A stretch of DNA of 64,000 bases, from contig JBHOSY010000002.1 in the NCBI GenBank assembly GCA_042584165.1, forward strand, positions 180 through 64,179. Direction: 5' to 3'. The notes under the pieces are model-generated. The model ran no database searches. It saw nothing but the letters and a program-made list of their open reading frames with translations, and was not told the DNA's origin. Every line of letters begins with the position of its first letter. The first letter of the stretch is position 1. Positions 45,677 to 56,287 of the stretch are shown piece after piece. The position numbers and the translations under genes were made by a program. This stretch comes from Bacteroidota bacterium (GTDB lineage Bacteria; Bacteroidota; Bacteroidia; Cytophagales; Cyclobacteriaceae).

Positions 45677-46873
45677 ATGAAAGTTCTGATTATTAATTCA
45701 GGCAGTTCTTCAATAAAGTACCAACTCAATGAGATGGATACGCATAAGGTTCTTGCTAAAGGGATCATTGAGAAAATTGGTAACCAGGGATCATTCCTAA
45801 AAAATGTCCGTGATGATGGAGATCAGGTTAAACTTGAAGGCGAAATTGTTGATCATCAAGCTGGTATAGAATATATGCTTGGTGTATTGATAAGTAAAGC
45901 ACACGGTTCACTGGAATCACTTGATGAACTTGATGCAATCGGACATCGGGTGGTACATGGTGCAGAAACATTTAAAACCAGTACCATAATCAATGAGGAA
46001 GTGATTAATAAAATTGAGGAGGTCAGCGACCTGGCACCATTACATAATCCAGCTAATCTGAAAGGTATCCTGGCATTAAAGGAACTCCTCCCCGATATCC
46101 CACAGATAGCAGTATTTGATACAGCCTTCCATCAAACAATGCCAGATTATGCATATATGTATGCCATCCCATACGTGCTTTATGAACGATATGGCTTACG
46201 ACGCTACGGATTTCATGGTACCAGCCACCGTTATGTATCAGAGAGAGCTTGTAAAATTCTCGAACTTGAATATAACAAGCAGAAGATAATTACCTGTCAT
46301 CTGGGAAACGGAGCTTCGATTACAGCCATCAAATATGGTAAATCAGTCGATACATCAATGGGACTTACTCCTGTTGAAGGTATGATGATGGGTACGCGAT
46401 CTGGTGATCTTGATCTTGGGGTATTAACCTATATCATGAACAAAGAGGAAATTGGTGTTCAGGCTGCCAATACGTTGATAAATAAACATAGTGGCATTCT
46501 GGGTGTTTCAGGAATCTCCTCAGATATGCGTGAAATTGATGCGGCTGCCAAAAGAGGAAATGACAGGGCTATCTTATCCCTGAACATGTACGATTATCGT
46601 GTAAAAAAATACATCGGTTCTTATGCAGCAGCAATGGGGGGAGTAGATATCATTGTATTTACAGGTGGAATCGGTGAAAATGATGTTGATCTTCGGGAGA
46701 AAGTATGTGATGGTTTGGAATTTCTAGGTGTTGAATTTGACAAAGCAAAAAATGCTAAAATCAAAGGAAAAGAAAGTCTGATCAGCAAGAAAGATTCCAG
46801 AGTAAGTATTATTGTGGTTCCAACCAATGAAGAACTTGTGATTGCGGAAGAGACGGTAAGGGTGCTGGAATAA
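45677..46873 (+). CDS. ackA: Acetate kinase
   Basis: MKVLIINSGSSSIKYQL, GHRVVHGAE, YGFHGTSHRYV and VFTGGIGEN motifs. Confidence 0.95.
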   Translation: MKVLIINSGSSSIKYQLNEMDTHKVLAKGIIEKIGNQGSFLKNVRDDGDQVKLEGEIVDHQAGIEYMLGVLISKAHGSLESLDELDAIGHRVVHGAETFKTSTIINEEVINKIEEVSDLAPLHNPANLKGILALKELLPDIPQIAVFDTAFHQTMPDYAYMYAIPYVLYERYGLRRYGFHGTSHRYVSERACKILELEYNKQKIITCHLGNGASITAIKYGKSVDTSMGLTPVEGMMMGTRSGDLDLGVLTYIMNKEEIGVQAANTLINKHSGILGVSGISSDMREIDAAAKRGNDRAILSLNMYDYRVKKYIGSYAAAMGGVDIIVFTGGIGENDVDLREKVCDGLEFLGVEFDKAKNAKIKGKESLISKKDSRVSIIVVPTNEELVIAEETVRVLE

Positions 46874-47097
46874 TTAATATGTTAACAAATTATTGATATT
46901 CCTGTGTTTTAATAAGAAAAGGGATTTCAATGGTGATCAAAGGATTACCTCATCCAGGGATCAGCGATTTATTAATAAAATTATACTTTTTGTAGAAAAT
47001 TTATTATTTTCAAAATCCAGGAGACTATCTTGCCAAAATGGCAATTCCTTTCTTGACAAAATTTTTTAGTGACAGATCTATAATTTTTTTCACTTTT

Positions 47098-47472
47098 ATG
47101 AAAGTAGCAATTCCCACAAATGATGGAATCAGGATTATATCCGATTTTAGAAAGATTGAAGGATTTAAAATATATGAGATTGAAAATGGGACAATACTAC
47201 ACGAACGATTCATAACAAATTTCACTTCCCGGTTTTTTAGTCAGGATGATACATTCCCAAATCAGAACAATAAAAACAATAAACCTGTAAAACCTATAAT
47301 CCGTGCAATTGAAGATTGTAAGGTGGTTATTTCCAATGGAATTAGTAAAGAACTATTTGAAGATTTAGTGCAGGTTGAAAAAGAGGTATATATTACGGAA
47401 GCAAGTGACGTCAGATCTGCAATCAGGAATTTTATCCGAAAGAAACAGAATTTGGAGAAGAACTTATTCTAA
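47098..47472 (+). CDS. NifB/NifX-like (dinitrogenase Fe-Mo cofactor family fold) small protein, tentative
   Basis: MKVAIPTNDG start (internal Met of ORF 47038..47472). The pattern EDCKVVISNGISKELFEDL resembles the NifX-family C-terminal block. The HFG motif is absent. Confidence 0.35.
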   Translation: MKVAIPTNDGIRIISDFRKIEGFKIYEIENGTILHERFITNFTSRFFSQDDTFPNQNNKNNKPVKPIIRAIEDCKVVISNGISKELFEDLVQVEKEVYITEASDVRSAIRNFIRKKQNLEKNLF

Positions 47473-47497
47473 AATATTTAATTGATTGAGCCAGAAT

Positions 47498-47986
47498 TTA
47501 TTGTTCTACAGGGAAGAATCGATCAACGAATTCCCTGAAACAACCTTCTCCCCCTTTCTTTTCAAGGATTATATCAGCAACGCCTTTTATGATATCAACT
47601 GCATCCGATGGGCATGCTGACAAGCCCACCAGCTCCATTACTCCTTTATCGTTGATATCATCTCCTAAAAATGCGATTTCTGTGTAGGATAAATCCAATT
47701 CCTGCCGCCAAAGATCCAGAACAGCAGATTTCGGATCATTCCCCACATAACAATATTTAATCCCCAGCATCTGAGCCCTTGTCTCAACCATCCTGGTTGT
47801 AAGACTTGCACTAATTATGCCGACCTCAATTCCTTCGGCCATCAGGATCTTCATGCCTATACCATCCCGGGCATTAAATTTCTTGAACTCATCACCGTTG
47901 GCAGTTAAATAAATCCCAGCATCAGTGAGGGTGCCATCAACATCTGCTACTACTAGTTTTATCTTTGATCTGTAATCAGTTTTCAT
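47498..47986 (-). CDS. KdsC-family HAD-IIIA phosphatase (3-deoxy-ulosonate phosphate phosphatase type)
   Basis: 162 aa. VVADVDGTLTD nucleophile motif, FNARDGIGMK and FLGDDINDK blocks. Confidence 0.8.
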   Translation of the reverse strand: MKTDYRSKIKLVVADVDGTLTDAGIYLTANGDEFKKFNARDGIGMKILMAEGIEVGIISASLTTRMVETRAQMLGIKYCYVGNDPKSAVLDLWRQELDLSYTEIAFLGDDINDKGVMELVGLSACPSDAVDIIKGVADIILEKKGGEGCFREFVDRFFPVEQ

Positions 47987-48985
47987 TTATATGATTCTTT
48001 TTCCCACCGATGTTGCGATGGAACCCAATGATTTATATAAATCTCTGAATTGTTCATGATCGAGCTGCTGACTGGCATCTGATTTAGCAACCGATGGATC
48101 AGGATGGACTTCAATCAGGAGACCATCAATCCCCATAGCCGTACAGGCACGCGTCAGGTCTGGTACGCCATATCGATGACCCATCGCATGACTGGGATCA
48201 AGAATAACAGGCAAATTGGTATATTCTTTAAGATATGACACACCACATAAATCCAGTGTAAATCGTGTTTTTGTTTCAAATGTCCTGATTCCTCTTTCGC
48301 ATAGCATTACATCGGGATTTCCGCCTGACAGAATAAACTCAGCACATTGCACAAATTCTTGCAGTGTTGTGCCGAATCCTCTTTTTAAAAGGACAGGTTT
48401 ATCAGCCTTTCCACACCTCCTTAATATACCATGATCATACATGGATTTAGCACCGATCTGTATAACATCACTATATGCTATCACCTCTTCGATATGCGAT
48501 GCGTCCCGCACTTCTGTTATTATTGTTAAACCATATTTTTCTCTCATTTTAGCCAGTAATCTCAATCCCTCTATACCCATGCCCTGAAAGGAGTATGGTG
48601 AGGTTCTTGGCTTAAAACAACCAGCTCTGAGAACAGATATCCCCAGCTCAACCATTAACTCAGCACTGGCAGTAATTTGTTCTTCTGATTCAACGGAACA
48701 TGGACCTGCCATAACTATTGTATTCCCCTGTTCCCCACCAATGTGATTCTTGCCGAGTATTACTTTTCGTACACCACTTATATATTCGCTGCTTGCAAGT
48801 TGGATATCTGATTCCAGCACAAAAAAACTATCAGTATATTCCTCTATTTCCTCGGGCAGGATTTTATCTTTAAAAGTTGTTACCAATATATATGCACCAT
48901 CCTTTTCAAAAAATACGGCTTGATGTGCATCTGCCAGCTCACTGGCCGCGTTAAAAGATACCTCTTCTTTCAGATGTATGATCAT
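47987..48985 (-). CDS. 3-deoxy-7-phosphoheptulonate (DAHP) synthase, type I-beta with N-terminal regulatory-type domain
   Basis: 332 aa. AGPCSVES and GCFKPRTSPYSFQGMG signature, DPSHA block, and an ~85-aa N-terminal extension. The stop abuts the KdsC-like start. Confidence 0.8.
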   Translation of the reverse strand: MIIHLKEEVSFNAASELADAHQAVFFEKDGAYILVTTFKDKILPEEIEEYTDSFFVLESDIQLASSEYISGVRKVILGKNHIGGEQGNTIVMAGPCSVESEEQITASAELMVELGISVLRAGCFKPRTSPYSFQGMGIEGLRLLAKMREKYGLTIITEVRDASHIEEVIAYSDVIQIGAKSMYDHGILRRCGKADKPVLLKRGFGTTLQEFVQCAEFILSGGNPDVMLCERGIRTFETKTRFTLDLCGVSYLKEYTNLPVILDPSHAMGHRYGVPDLTRACTAMGIDGLLIEVHPDPSVAKSDASQQLDHEQFRDLYKSLGSIATSVGKRII

Positions 48986-49989
48986 AATTCACCCCTGATT
49001 AAGTTAAAGAATGTAACAGCACCCATAAGGTTTCTTTCTTTATCAATGACCGGTAAAAAAGAAACCAAAAACCGCTGTTTTTTAATGATATTCAGCATTT
49101 CCTCAATTGTAGCATCCTGATCAATGGTCACAGGATCAGTATTCACAATTTGATCAACTGATGTCTTGCCAAGATCATCCAGATTTTTTAAAAGTCCTTT
49201 CCTGACATCGGCATTACTGGACAATCCATGAAATTTTTCTGATTTGTCCAGGTAGAAAGTAAAACCAAGATTATAATCGTCGATAACCTGTAATACCTTA
49301 GGAATTGTAGCTTCCTCATATTTTATTACCGGTATGTCATCTACTCCAATCATGAAATCCTGAACCAGGAAATGTGAATGAATATTTTCTGTACGCATAT
49401 TAAGTAATGCAGCACCAACAGAATCATGATTTACCAGGTACGATCCTGAAACAATGGTATCTACACCCATATTCCGCAGGATAAATGATACTTCAGCATT
49501 AACTCCACCATCTACGCAGATCCTTTTCCCGGGATAAGTATTACGCACCTCCCTTATTTTACTGAAATTTTCACGACCGAAAATACCACCGCTTTTGCCA
49601 GGAGTAGTGGTCATTAATAAAATAAATGAACAACTTTCCCGATATGGTTCCAGCATGTCAGCAGAAGTATCCGATAAAATAGCAACTCCGAATTCTGTAT
49701 TATCATCCCGAGGGAATTCAACAAAATGATTTAAATTCTCGAATTGAACTTGTACATACTCGATTTGATATTTTTGGATATTTTCAAAGTACTGCTCTGG
49801 ATTTTCAGAAATAATATGTAAGTCGATTGGTGTGCTACTTATTTCCCTAATCCGTCGAATATCATTAAATACCGATGGATCATCATTACAGTCGATATGG
49901 AACTTATCTATATAATGAAGATCGAGGTCACGCACCAGATCTTCCAGATTCTTTTCCTTGCTTGAATAAAGTGAAGCTGAGATCTTCAT
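48982..49989 (-). CDS. Ribulose-phosphate 3-epimerase-like TIM-barrel fused to a CBS-domain pair
   Basis: 335 aa. The ISASLYS, HIDCND, IDLHIISENP, LLMTTTPGKSGG, ICVDGGVN and IVSGSYL blocks parallel RPE motifs. The C-terminal ~120 aa are CBS-like. ATGA overlap with the DAHP synthase gene. Confidence 0.6.
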   Translation of the reverse strand: MKISASLYSSKEKNLEDLVRDLDLHYIDKFHIDCNDDPSVFNDIRRIREISSTPIDLHIISENPEQYFENIQKYQIEYVQVQFENLNHFVEFPRDDNTEFGVAILSDTSADMLEPYRESCSFILLMTTTPGKSGGIFGRENFSKIREVRNTYPGKRICVDGGVNAEVSFILRNMGVDTIVSGSYLVNHDSVGAALLNMRTENIHSHFLVQDFMIGVDDIPVIKYEEATIPKVLQVIDDYNLGFTFYLDKSEKFHGLSSNADVRKGLLKNLDDLGKTSVDQIVNTDPVTIDQDATIEEMLNIIKKQRFLVSFLPVIDKERNLMGAVTFFNLIRGEL

Positions 49990-50031
49990 ATAAAACTAAT
50001 TTCCCGGCAAAAATAACCCTAAAACTGGGAA

Positions 50032-51342
50032 TCAGAAATTTCTATCGGTATCGAATTGTTCCAGGTAGTCTGCAACCCTTCTAACAAACATCCCTCCAAG
50101 GGCACCATCCACAACACGATGATCGTAGGTGTGAGATAAAAACATTTTACTTCTGATACCAATGGTGTCACCTGACGGTGTTTCGATAACAGCAGGTTTC
50201 TTTACTATGGCACCTATTGCAAGAATTGCAACCTGGGGTTGCATAATGATTGGTGTACCCATCATACTGCCAAATGTCCCCACATTTGTTACAGTATATG
50301 TGCCTTCTGATAGTTCATCCGGTTTAAGTTCATTCTCTCGTGCACGACGTGCAATATCGTTGACATGGGAAGCCAATCCAATCAGGCTTAACTGTTCAGC
50401 ATTTTTAATTACCGGTACAATGAGGTTATTATCAGGTAAAGCAACTGCAACACCAATATTTATACTCTTCTTCTTAATAATCTTATTATCAACAATGGAG
50501 ATGTTGACCATTGGATAATCCTTGATTGCCTTTACAACTGCTTCAATAATAATGGGCGTATAGGTTAGCTTCACTTTATGCTCACTAAGGAAATCATTCC
50601 GTACCTTATCCCGCCATTTAATTATATTGGTGACATCAGCTTCAACAAATGAAGATACATGGGCGGATGTTTGTTTCGATTCAATCATTCGGTCCGAAAT
50701 AATTCGCCTTATTCTGTCCATTTCAATGATCTCATCTTCACCATTATCAACAAGTTTGACAGGTTCAGGTATAACCATCTCGGATTTTGAAGTGATTTTC
50801 TTCTCGGTAGTAGGAATACCTGATCCTTTCTTTTTGAGATAAGATACAATGTCATTCTTGGTTACCCTGTTTTTCTTACCGGTTCCAGGAATCAAATCAA
50901 GTTCTTCCTGTGATACGTTCTCTTGTTTGGCAATATTTCTTACAAGGGGAGAATAGAATCGATCATGTTCCGGTCTACTTAACTGGTTAAATCCATCAAA
51001 ATGAGATTCGCTTAAGTTTGTAACTGTATCAATTTCTGAATCAGCCGGATGTTCAAAGTCATCGGGAAGATCGTCCAAACCAAGTGGATGTTTTAATTCT
51101 TCATCCGTTTCAATAACAGCAATAGGTTTTCCGATCTCCACAATATCTCCGTCTTTTGCAAGGATCTTTTTGACTATTCCGGAATAGATGGAAGGAACTT
51201 CAGTATCCACTTTATCCGTAGCTACTTCAAGTATTGACTCATCCTGAAGAATCTCATCTCCTTCCTGTTTAAGCCAGCTTAAAATGGTGGCTTCCATTAT
51301 ACTTTCGCCCATTTTGGGCATAACCATTTCAACCAATGCCAT
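50032..51342 (-). CDS. Dihydrolipoamide acyltransferase (E2 component of a 2-oxoacid dehydrogenase complex)
   Basis: Lipoyl domain EVATDKVDTEVPS, E3-binding region SPLVRNIAKQ, and catalytic SHTYDHRVVDG. Confidence 0.9.
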   Translation of the reverse strand: MALVEMVMPKMGESIMEATILSWLKQEGDEILQDESILEVATDKVDTEVPSIYSGIVKKILAKDGDIVEIGKPIAVIETDEELKHPLGLDDLPDDFEHPADSEIDTVTNLSESHFDGFNQLSRPEHDRFYSPLVRNIAKQENVSQEELDLIPGTGKKNRVTKNDIVSYLKKKGSGIPTTEKKITSKSEMVIPEPVKLVDNGEDEIIEMDRIRRIISDRMIESKQTSAHVSSFVEADVTNIIKWRDKVRNDFLSEHKVKLTYTPIIIEAVVKAIKDYPMVNISIVDNKIIKKKSINIGVAVALPDNNLIVPVIKNAEQLSLIGLASHVNDIARRARENELKPDELSEGTYTVTNVGTFGSMMGTPIIMQPQVAILAIGAIVKKPAVIETPSGDTIGIRSKMFLSHTYDHRVVDGALGGMFVRRVADYLEQFDTDRNF

Positions 51343-51394
51343 TATTTAAATATTTATAAAAAACCTATGCTCTACGCAAACAAATTTAACATTT

Positions 51395-52654
51395 TCAAAT
51401 TTTATCTCCATTTTTTGCTTTTAATCTTTCCCAAAGCATCGTAAGAGCCCTGTTAGTAGTATAACGAATATTGGTCATCCTGTCTTTCACGAAGTTCAAT
51501 TTTTGTGTTACTACATCTTCTTTATCTGCTAAACCGATACAAACAGTCCCTACAGGCTTATCAGAAGTACCTCCATCAGGGCCTGCAATCCCACTTGTAG
51601 CGAGGGCATAATCCACGCTACATAGATTTTTGACTCCCATTGCCATTTCTCCGACTGTTTCTTCACTGACAGCTCCAAATTTCTCAAGAGTCTCGAATCG
51701 AACTCCAAGTTGTTCTCGTTTTACCATGTTACTGTAGGCAATAATCCCACCTGCAAAATAAGCTGAACTTCCGGGTACTGATGTGATGATATGACCGATG
51801 TGCCCTCCTGTACAACTTTCAGCAACGGCTAAGGATTCACCTTTTTCTGTTAAAATTCGACCAATAACAGATTCGAGGTTATCATCATCATATCCAAATA
51901 TGTATGGACCAGCAACAGAATTAAGATCAATGATTGCATTGTTAATATCAGATTTTAGTCTTTCTACAACACCTCCGGATGCGGTAAGTCTCAGCGAAAC
52001 AAATCCAAATTGTGGTAAGTAGGCAACAGATATTGACTTTGAAAGTGATTTTTCCCAATCATGTATCCTGTCGGCTAGCCAGGATTCACCTATTCCTGCA
52101 GTGTGTATCATCTTATGAATTATAGAACCCGGTTTGAATTTTTCAGAAATTAAGGGTATGAGCTCATAGGTCATTATGTTTTTCATTTCATGAGGTACTC
52201 CTGGCATGGAAATAAAAACAGTGTCATTTTTCTCAAACCACATCCCTTGTGCTGTACCAAGTTTATTTGGTATCACTGTACACTTGTCAGGCATGATAGC
52301 TTGTTGCCGGTTCAATTCTGTCATTTTAAATCCGCGACTTGTAAAAAATGCCTGTAACCTATCATAAGCTACCTGATTAAGTGACATTTCTGAATCAAAA
52401 TAACCGGCGAGTGTCTTCTTTGTGATATCATCTTTGGTAGGTCCAAGTCCACCGGTGATTAGAACTATATCCCCTGCGTCTTCAGCTTCTTTTAATGCCT
52501 GAAATATCTCTTCTCCCGAATCTCCGACTGATATTTTTTTATAAACTCTAAATCCTGCGTTATCGAGGGCATTACTAATCCAATGGGCATTTGTATCCAG
52601 GGTTTTTCCATTTAGAATTTCATTCCCAATTGTTAAAATAACTGTCTTACACAT
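51395..52654 (-). CDS. cinA: CinA-family protein (MoCF-binding domain + nicotinamide-nucleotide amidohydrolase PncC domain)
   Basis: 419 aa. LITGGLGPTKDDITK N-domain and AESCTGG C-domain motifs. Confidence 0.9.
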   Translation of the reverse strand: MCKTVILTIGNEILNGKTLDTNAHWISNALDNAGFRVYKKISVGDSGEEIFQALKEAEDAGDIVLITGGLGPTKDDITKKTLAGYFDSEMSLNQVAYDRLQAFFTSRGFKMTELNRQQAIMPDKCTVIPNKLGTAQGMWFEKNDTVFISMPGVPHEMKNIMTYELIPLISEKFKPGSIIHKMIHTAGIGESWLADRIHDWEKSLSKSISVAYLPQFGFVSLRLTASGGVVERLKSDINNAIIDLNSVAGPYIFGYDDDNLESVIGRILTEKGESLAVAESCTGGHIGHIITSVPGSSAYFAGGIIAYSNMVKREQLGVRFETLEKFGAVSEETVGEMAMGVKNLCSVDYALATSGIAGPDGGTSDKPVGTVCIGLADKEDVVTQKLNFVKDRMTNIRYTTNRALTMLWERLKAKNGDKI

Positions 52655-52984
52655 ATTTAACTGTTAATGATATACGAAATTTATCTTCCCGGTAAAATTA
52701 TATCCATCTGAGGGAAAAATCATTATATAATCACCGGGAATTAGAAAGAAGTATGATCAACAACAGTTCGGCTTCAATATTGCCCCATACATGTCCGATT
52801 CCCCAATTGTTACCCATTTTCAGTCAAGTATTAAAATAATTGAAAAAGACCTTGAATTAGGTATCTTTTCATTAATTTGCAGCAGTTGGGTATTGAAATA
52901 CAACCCGGTTTTCAAGGTAAATAAAGATACAATCGTATGGGTATCTTTTGGGTTTTTTCCGATTAACATACTTTATTTTTTAAG

Positions 52985-54652
52985 ATGGTTTTGTACAAAA
53001 AATATCAATCAATTATTGAATCCACAATTGATGCGATACGCCAAGGTATTTTCTTCAATCATTATCCGGAACTACCTCATGACCAGATTTACGGGGAAAA
53101 GCATATCAGTGAAGGCTATGAACATTTTAAGGAAAATATCAATAGAAAGTTTCAGGCATTAAGACAGGCCATGCCAATTAAGTGGGCAGGAAATGAAGAA
53201 TCCCCTTTTTTGCAACAATCGTTGAATATTTTATATCCGATTTTCCCTGCAGAGGTATTAATTGATAGAGCAAAGGCTGAATTGCACAAATGGCGCAAAG
53301 TCACACCGGAAGATCGTGCAGGTTTGTTAATTGAATCTATAAAAAGAATTGAAGACCGATTTTATGAGATTGCTTTTGCATCTATGCATACAACAGGTAT
53401 GCCATATTCTATGGCTTATCAGATGTCGGGACCCCATGCCGCTCAAAGAGCATTGAATGCTGTTGCTATAGGAATAAGTGAATTGAAGCGATTCCCGGAA
53501 AACGAGCTTGAAGAATTTACAGGTAAAGAATATGGTATTCAGCTTGATAAAAAGTGGATTGCAGTTCCAAAGGGCATAAGTCTAATTGTGGGATGTTCAA
53601 ATTTTCCCATTCGGGATACAATGCCAGGTATATATGCAAGCCTGATCACAGGTAATCCTGTGATTGTAAAACCACATATGAGATCCATCATGCCTGTAGG
53701 TATCGTAATTTCAGAAATACAAAAAGTTTTTAGCGAAAATGGGATTGATCCAAATATATGTCAGATCGGAATAGATGAAGATGACAAGGAATTCACACGG
53801 TTTCTGGCTGAACATCCAGATGTTAGTCTTATAGATTTTAAAGGTAGTCCTGATTTTACAGATTACCTCGAAAGCATACCCGACAAAACGGTTTTTACAG
53901 AGAAATCTTCTATTAATACGATTATTCTTGATTCAGCATCTGACCTGGATACAGTGATCCGAAACCTGGTAATATCATTATCACTCTTTTCCGGGCAAAT
54001 GAATAATACACCTCAAAATATTTTTATTCCATCCGATGGTATTAAACTTACTTCCGGATATATCAATTATGAGGATTTTATCGAGCGGCTACGTGAGGAG
54101 TTATCCAAACTGGTTTATGATCAGGTTACCGCTCCTCATATTCTGGGATCTATTCAGAATCCGGAAACCATTTTAAGGCTTGAAAAACTTGAGAAATCGG
54201 ATGGTAAAGTTATTTTTGGTCACGTTCATTACACAATCCCCGAATACCAGAATGCTCGAACAGCCTCACCGCTTTTAATGGAACTTTCCCCGGAACACAG
54301 GCACCTTTACCTGAAGGATCAATTTGGCCCGGTTGGTTTTATAATAAAGACTAAAAACAGCGCACACTCAATTGAACTGGCAGTTGATACAGCAAGAAAA
54401 CATGGGTCTCTATATTGTAGCGCTATCACTACTAATCAGGAATTCAAGGAATTGATCATTGATTACATGACAACTACACACACTCCAGTTACCTTTGGTA
54501 TGATCGGTGATATTTATCTTGAAAAGAATACGGAATATACGGATTACAGGCTAACAGGTGGAAACACTGCAAGCAGGGCCTCAGCCAGTAATTTAGAATT
54601 CGTGTTACAAAGATTTACATGGGTTGGCTATAAGGAACCGGCTGAAAATTAA
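52985..54652 (+). CDS. PaaN-like aldehyde dehydrogenase-superfamily protein
   Basis: 555 aa. The N-terminal pattern and length resemble Bacteroidota PaaN annotations as I recall them. This rests on weak motif-level support only. Confidence 0.5.
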   Translation: MVLYKKYQSIIESTIDAIRQGIFFNHYPELPHDQIYGEKHISEGYEHFKENINRKFQALRQAMPIKWAGNEESPFLQQSLNILYPIFPAEVLIDRAKAELHKWRKVTPEDRAGLLIESIKRIEDRFYEIAFASMHTTGMPYSMAYQMSGPHAAQRALNAVAIGISELKRFPENELEEFTGKEYGIQLDKKWIAVPKGISLIVGCSNFPIRDTMPGIYASLITGNPVIVKPHMRSIMPVGIVISEIQKVFSENGIDPNICQIGIDEDDKEFTRFLAEHPDVSLIDFKGSPDFTDYLESIPDKTVFTEKSSINTIILDSASDLDTVIRNLVISLSLFSGQMNNTPQNIFIPSDGIKLTSGYINYEDFIERLREELSKLVYDQVTAPHILGSIQNPETILRLEKLEKSDGKVIFGHVHYTIPEYQNARTASPLLMELSPEHRHLYLKDQFGPVGFIIKTKNSAHSIELAVDTARKHGSLYCSAITTNQEFKELIIDYMTTTHTPVTFGMIGDIYLEKNTEYTDYRLTGGNTASRASASNLEFVLQRFTWVGYKEPAEN

Positions 54653-54659
54653 AATCATT

Positions 54660-55463
54660 TTAAGCCGCATTGATCAGGTATATAATCAATAGCGATAATG
54701 CTACATTCGCTACACCAGCGCTAAAGATTAATTCAGGATTTGTCTTCTTCTGAAACATACCAATATAGCTCGTTGCCAGTAAGATGATAAGGAAAAAAGA
54801 AAACACATTATATATGCTATAATGGGGGCTAAAGATATATTTGTCATCTCCTGAATTAACTACCAGCTTTTCAGGAATATTAAAAATTGGGCTCAAATGG
54901 ATCCTTGCCTCATCACCTGTTCGAATCAACTTTGCATGGGTATAACTTAATGGAAATTCAAAGCGTTCCGTTTCAATAAAAATTGTATTCGTGGATTTGT
55001 ATGTCGTTAGTTTGGAAATTATGGTTTGGTCAAATGTCTGTTCCGGTAAAACATGATCCATAATTACCAGTATTGTTAGAATAAGGGACATACTGGATAT
55101 AATCCTTACTGATTTTACATAGGGTCGTAAATCAACCGTTTCTTCCTTCTTTGCATAAGCTGGTCGATAGTAGCGTTTCCCAGCTTCCTTTGGACTATAG
55201 TCTGACCATTTACTGAAAATAGAATCTGGCAGGTCCTGTGAACCAACCTGTTGATTGTAATCATAAATCAGGTTAAAATTTTCACGTTTGTCTTTATCAT
55301 TGAGTGTGTGATACGCCTCATTTATTTCCGTGAATTTCTGATGGGTAGCGGCTGATCTGGATTTGTCAGGATGATATTTCAGTGCCAGTTCCCGATATGC
55401 TCTTTTAATTTGAGATCCGGTAGCGTATCTGTCAACGCCCAGTATTTGATAATAATCTTTCAT
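54660..55463 (-). CDS. DnaJ (J-domain) membrane protein
   Basis: KDYYQILGV...[12 protein letters not shown] with HPD motif. Two or three C-terminal TM helices. Confidence 0.8.
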   Translation of the reverse strand: MKDYYQILGVDRYATGSQIKRAYRELALKYHPDKSRSAATHQKFTEINEAYHTLNDKDKRENFNLIYDYNQQVGSQDLPDSIFSKWSDYSPKEAGKRYYRPAYAKKEETVDLRPYVKSVRIISSMSLILTILVIMDHVLPEQTFDQTIISKLTTYKSTNTIFIETERFEFPLSYTHAKLIRTGDEARIHLSPIFNIPEKLVVNSGDDKYIFSPHYSIYNVFSFFLIILLATSYIGMFQKKTNPELIFSAGVANVALSLLIIYLINAA

Positions 55464-55649
55464 TGGTCTACCGAAAGACTACAGTATAGCTTGAAACAGT
55501 TACTAAATTACTATTATTTACTTCAATTTTAAAGAAATTGTGACTGGTAGGACTATTTCTGGATTACCCGGTTTCTCGAAATATTATTTTATCCGATAAG
55601 TGTTCTGAAGGTTCGGACATTGAATCTTTATTTTTGGTGATATAGGATA

Positions 55650-56009
55650 TCAAGCATGCACGGCATCCGCCTTATCCCAGAATATCCTTGTGATAAGATG
55701 GTTAAGAATATCCGGATCATATCCCAGCCATTCCGCTAATTCGTTGCAAAGTTTCAACTCTGCTTTATGATCGTTATTCACATGTCTCATCACCTGAATC
55801 AAACTGTGGACATACCGAAGTTTGGCTTCTGAGGTCATATGCCTTGGGTTAATCCGTTTAGGTTTTTTTGATAATATCTGGTTTATATCATTCTCGGATA
55901 TTCCATTTAGTTGGCCGATATTTAAAAATAGTTCGTAAAATTTTTGTGAATCGTCGGATGAATTCTTAGCTACTTTGACGATTTTCTTAAAATGATAACG
56001 TTGATTCAT
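55650..56009 (-). CDS. Hypothetical protein
   Basis: 119-aa ORF in an otherwise empty interval. No motif recognised. Confidence 0.35.
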   Translation of the reverse strand: MNQRYHFKKIVKVAKNSSDDSQKFYELFLNIGQLNGISENDINQILSKKPKRINPRHMTSEAKLRYVHSLIQVMRHVNNDHKAELKLCNELAEWLGYDPDILNHLITRIFWDKADAVHA

Positions 56010-56287
56010 AGGGAGACTTAATCTTGGATTAAAAAATAAACTTATTCATCGTGTTCGGTTTGGTTAGGAAGATAAAATTATATATTTCAGCGAAGGTTCA
56101 TAAATCAAATCATAACTTTTTATTAACATGTTTTCCACACAAGTTATATACGTCTGTGCATAAAAATATTGACTCCTGATTATCAGTATTTTCAGTGGTT
56201 TCTGTTAACTTGTTAAATTCGCTAAATGGATAAACTATCTGATAATGAAGACTAAATTCAATAACATATAACTTTAAACGCTTAATT

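Noticed and set aside
47987-48985. Calling this gene KDO-8-phosphate synthase (kdsA) because of the adjacent KdsC-like gene.
   Set aside because: The KPRTSPYSFQG signature and the N-terminal regulatory-type extension match DAHP synthase type I-beta rather than KdsA. It is kept as DAHP synthase, and the odd context is reported as a finding instead.
52791-53162. 123-aa ORF overlapping the start of the PaaN-like gene.
   Set aside because: It overlaps the longer, better-supported ORF in another frame. The sequence is hydrophobic and low-complexity with no motifs.
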